Assembly (NCBI RefSeq): GCF_036321535.1
Contig: NC_087437.1
Location: 89,530,001 to 89,594,000 of the forward strand
Source: Camelus dromedarius
Taxonomy: Eukaryota
Length of the DNA stretch: 64,000 nucleotides
Reading direction: 5' to 3'
Both the position numbers and the translations under genes were made by a program. Below the pieces are notes generated by a model that did not search any database, had not been told where the DNA came from, and worked only from the letters and a program-made list of their open reading frames with translations. This document shows positions 59,790-64,000 of the stretch, in pieces (position 1 is the stretch's first letter; every line of letters begins with the position of its first letter).

Positions 59790-61369
59790 AAAACCTAAGT
59801 GAAGTTTTGAGCAACAAAATTCACTAAGACTCAGCCCTGTGGCAAAGGTAGATTGAGTGTACTGCCTACCCTCCCAAGCCCGTTGCAAATTTAGCTTCAC
59901 AGGAGCTGATTTTGGCCTATAAGAGGGATATAGAGGAGGGATAAAGTAAAGAAAGAAATTACACCTGGCAATTATGCTTTCAAAAATCTTGAACTCTGGT
60001 TATAGGCACATAAATCTGACAAATAGATTAGGAGTCTACTTTGTTTTTAATGGACCCACTGTGTCAAAAAACATATGTCTAGCTATGGAAAAAAGAAAAA
60101 AAAATGTCTGACTATTTAAAACTTCAAACAATTTTTGGACTCCCAAACTTGGTGAAAGTAAGAGGCTGTGTAGTCCCCACAGAAGGCATATTCCCAAACG
60201 CCCACTTCTGATTTGGCCACGGAGCATCACTGACAAGGCTGAATTTCCCACAAGGCAGGATTTCCCATAAGGGAGAAGCAACAAAGAACGAACAGAAAAG
60301 AATCCATTTTCTTCAGGGAACTACAACTATTGCCAAGGCAGAGGGACCTTTTCATGCCAATCTGGCATATTTTCATAATTATTATGGATCAGTGACTACT
60401 CAGTGTTTCCATTCTTCCTCTATTTCCAAAAGAGAGCATTTATATTAAGGAGTGCTTTTCCTGGCTCCCTTCTTGTGTTTTATGTATGGGATGGATAGAA
60501 GCATTAAAATGTGTCTTCTGGTTCATTTGTCCCTAGACTAATGCATTTGGATATGATGAAGAGGACTGGGCATATTTGAGGACCTTGGTCTTTAAGTTGG
60601 ATATATTGACTTGATGGGACGTCAAGTTGTCTCTTTGGATAGGGTCTGGCAGTGGTTTGAGTGAGAAAAAAAAAGGTGAAAAAATATTTGGTGATCAAAA
60701 TGGTATATCGGGGCAGAGATTTCTAGCTGATAATTAACTTGTTTGCTTTTCTTTCAGTGTGCAGAGCTAAACATTTACCAGCTTCACTTGCAGTTGACTG
60801 TAACCATGGGATTTGTGTTCTAGACAACTGAAAGAAGACTCAGCCAATAAAAAGCTCCCGTATGTAACCTTCCAGGGTGATCTCAGGTTTACAAGTTGAA
60901 AATAAGAGAGTAACAAGAATAAGTCAGGCCATGAGTAACTGAATATCCACTTGGAAAAAAAAAAATTGCCCAACTAAGAATATATGTATCGTCAAACAGC
61001 TTAAAGAAAATAAAAAGCTTTATTTTCAAAACATTGGGCATTAGAAAGTTACTCTGTTACAGAAACTATTGTTAATTTATGTTTTTATTATATATTTCTT
61101 GTATTTCCCTTAATTCCTGGCATTGGCTATAAATCTCCAAAAGAAACAAAAAAAAAAAAAAAAAAAAAGGAAAATATAAATCCACCATTTCTCTGAATTC
61201 CCTATTTGTATTCCTAGCTTGGATACTTTAGAATCAGTTTCAAATTCCCCCTCTTATTCAAGCTCCCACTCAAAACCATATAGTCATAAATTGTATTCAT
61301 TTTATTTGCTGAATATCTCTCAGGACTGAGCACGCTTTTGGAGAACTGAGAAGTCACCCTTGTTCAGAC

Positions 61370-62720
61370 ATCTGTACCTGTCTTATTTCCTGAAGGTAAA
61401 ATGTGAGAAGTGGTATTGCTGGATCAGAGGATGTAAACCTTTTTAAAAGACTTTTGATAAATACTGCCAGATTATATTGCAGAATGATTACAAATTCATC
61501 CTCCACCAACTGCACTGGAGAGATTCTTTTTCTCCATGTAGTACTAATATCAGGTATTACAATTAAAAGAAAAATTGCCAATCTAATATTGAAAGTGTTA
61601 AATATTTTGTATTTATTAAATTATATGTTAACATAGATATGTCTAAATACTTTTGCCCATATTAATTAATTAATTTTGAAATGCCTCTTTATGCAGCTTA
61701 ACTTTTTTTCTATTCAATTTTTCTGTTTTAAGAGCTCTCTCCATAAAAGGATGAACGTTTTCAGCAATTTCTTTATATTTATTTTTCATTTCTAATTCCT
61801 TCAGCCATAGATAAGTCTTACAATTTTATGTAATTAAATCTATCAAAGTTTTTAGTTATGATATCTGACTTGTGGGTCATGACTTGAAAGGCTTTTGCTG
61901 TAAGATTATACACATAGAGATTTTTGTTGTTATTTATCATTTTTATTATATTTTAATCCACCTAAAATATATTTTGGTCTATGATTTGAGACTAAGGTAT
62001 AAAATATGAGTTTAATTCTTCTGTGACAGCCAGTTGTCCTCCATATTATTTCTTTCATCAATAGTTTTGTCACTTACCATAAACTAAATGTCTACCTATT
62101 TTATGTGTTTCTGTATATTCCAGTCTATTCTCCATGAGGAGAAACTAGTATCGTAGTTTTAAAAATCATTTTCATGTCTTGGAGGAGAAAGCTTAGATCA
62201 AGTTCAGAATATTTCTACAAGAAACAAAAATAAAATAAATTATTTATTAGGATTGTACTAATCTATAGATTTTTCTTTTATATAGTGCACATCCAGGAGC
62301 ATGGTATGATTCTTCAATTATTTAAATATTTAGTGCATTTTAATAAGTTGTGTAGTTTTCTGATATAGGACCTGCATATTTTCATTAATGTTCTTCCCCA
62401 TTTTTAAACAATATTTTTAATATTTAATATTTAGAAAAAATTAATATTGGTTTTGCAATATTTTTAAATGTTACTAATTTTTCATTAACTTTATGCCTTT
62501 TTTATTCCCATTTTTTGTACTCTATTTTCTAAAGCATTATGTCTAGAATTTGTCAAGATTATATTTTTCATTTTTGTTTCCTGACCATCAAACTCCATTA
62601 ATTTTCCTACTATTTTAAGTAGTATTTCAGTTGTTCCCTTAAGGTTTTTCTTTTCAATATTATATTTTCTTTTTTCTATTGCACTAGTGCTTTGTAAACA
62701 ATAATGACAATTCATCCTGA
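61370..62720 (-). mobile_element. Ancient LINE-1 (L1ME-like), intronic
   Basis: SDPAIPLLTFY remnant (ORF 61354-61581) and degraded T-rich ORF2 antisense sequence. Confidence 0.7.
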
Positions 62721-64000
62721 TTCTGATGATCTCAGAAATGCATCAGAAATATAAATGGACTTGCCACAATTCTCCTTTTGACACTAGTTGGTCTCTTTAC
62801 TTATTTTAATATCTAGAGTTACTTTTATAGTTTTTATTTATTGGAAAGTTGATAGTAAAGGTATTTATCCTTTGATGATATAAAGCACACATCTTGTCAA
62901 AAGAAAATTTCCTGATAGCAACATTCTTGAACCATGAATATCTAAGTAAGTATTATTTTGTTGTGAATAAACATTCAACTGGCTAAAGAAATCCCTGGTT
63001 TTTATCTTTTGACTAATAATAATAGAAACCAATTTGTCAATGTTTTGACAATTTGTTTTGCCTCCATTTCTTCCTAAATAGATCTAACATCATTCAGGTT
63101 TGTTTTGCCTCCTCTCCTTTAAAGAAAATCTTTAAAAATCATTCACGTTTTAAAGTGACTTACTTTTTCTGCATGATTGCTATTAGAAAATTTTGGTCTT
63201 CCTTTTTTTTTTTTTTTTTTTTTTGATATTTTAGCTGGATACATTTTGTAGTTTGTCTCTAGTCAGAATTTTGCTTCATTTGCAAACCTACTGTTTTATT
63301 AAAATCAGATTTAGTTCATTTGTCTTTTGGTTTATGCATTCTTATTTTCACTCTACTTTTGATTAACAATTATTCTTCTTTCTATTTTCTTTCTTGGAAA
63401 ATCCAATTACACACTGGTAGAGACTCCACATTTTATGTTTCATATATGTCATTCCCTCTTTCCTATTATTATAATCATTTTACTAGGTTATGTTTTGTTT
63501 TCATTGTACTTCCCAAGTTTATCATGTTTAGATGATTTGATTTTCTACCATAGATTTACCTTCTTATTTCTTCCAAAAGGATTTTGTTTTTGATTGTGAC
63601 TTTGGTTTAACTACACTTTCTATTTAATTCCACTTTGTGCTTATTTAGCAGATATTCTGAACAGTTTTATAAGATTGACAATAAAAAATGATAGCTTTAT
63701 AATATTTTCTTCATTTTATTATAATAATTCCATTTAAATGTCTGGGAAAATGGTTTTCCTTGGAAAGCATATATTATTTCTCTTCTTTTATTGCAAACAT
63801 TTTTCATTGGCTGCAAATTGAAATTTTAAATTCTGTTTGCACATCTTTGCATTTTCTTTTCTTATTTTTATTCTTAATGTTGAGATGTTTTGAAGATGAA
63901 TTCTCTTTCCTGAGGTTGGTGTTTATTCCTGATAAGCTGTAATACTGCAGACCAATCCAGCTACAGAAACTGTCTTCATAGCAGATATACAAATCATGTG

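Overview
Mammalian genomic DNA, AT- and repeat-rich, probably camelid judging from the tRNA-derived SINEs and cetartiodactyl-type L1 3' ends. The only intact gene part is the 3' end of CADM2 on the minus strand: the TM exon 58671-58796, the last coding exon 57755-57873 and a ~7.5 kb 3'UTR to ~50200. About 5.5 kb downstream lies an orphan CpG island (44340-44810) with a minus-strand first-exon donor. A chain of minus-strand exon-like segments with stop codons follows it and may be a decayed multi-exon gene, tentatively FSIP2-like. The left two-thirds hold nested L1s, solo LTRs and several retroposition products: a full-length CLDN6 processed pseudogene, a retrocopy of a truncated FSTL4 transcript inside an L1, a probable ~1.35 kb L1 3' transduction, two 5'-inverted L1s and an L1-retroposed ERV LTR fragment. 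Gene and repeat family names come from recalled sequences, not from database searches.
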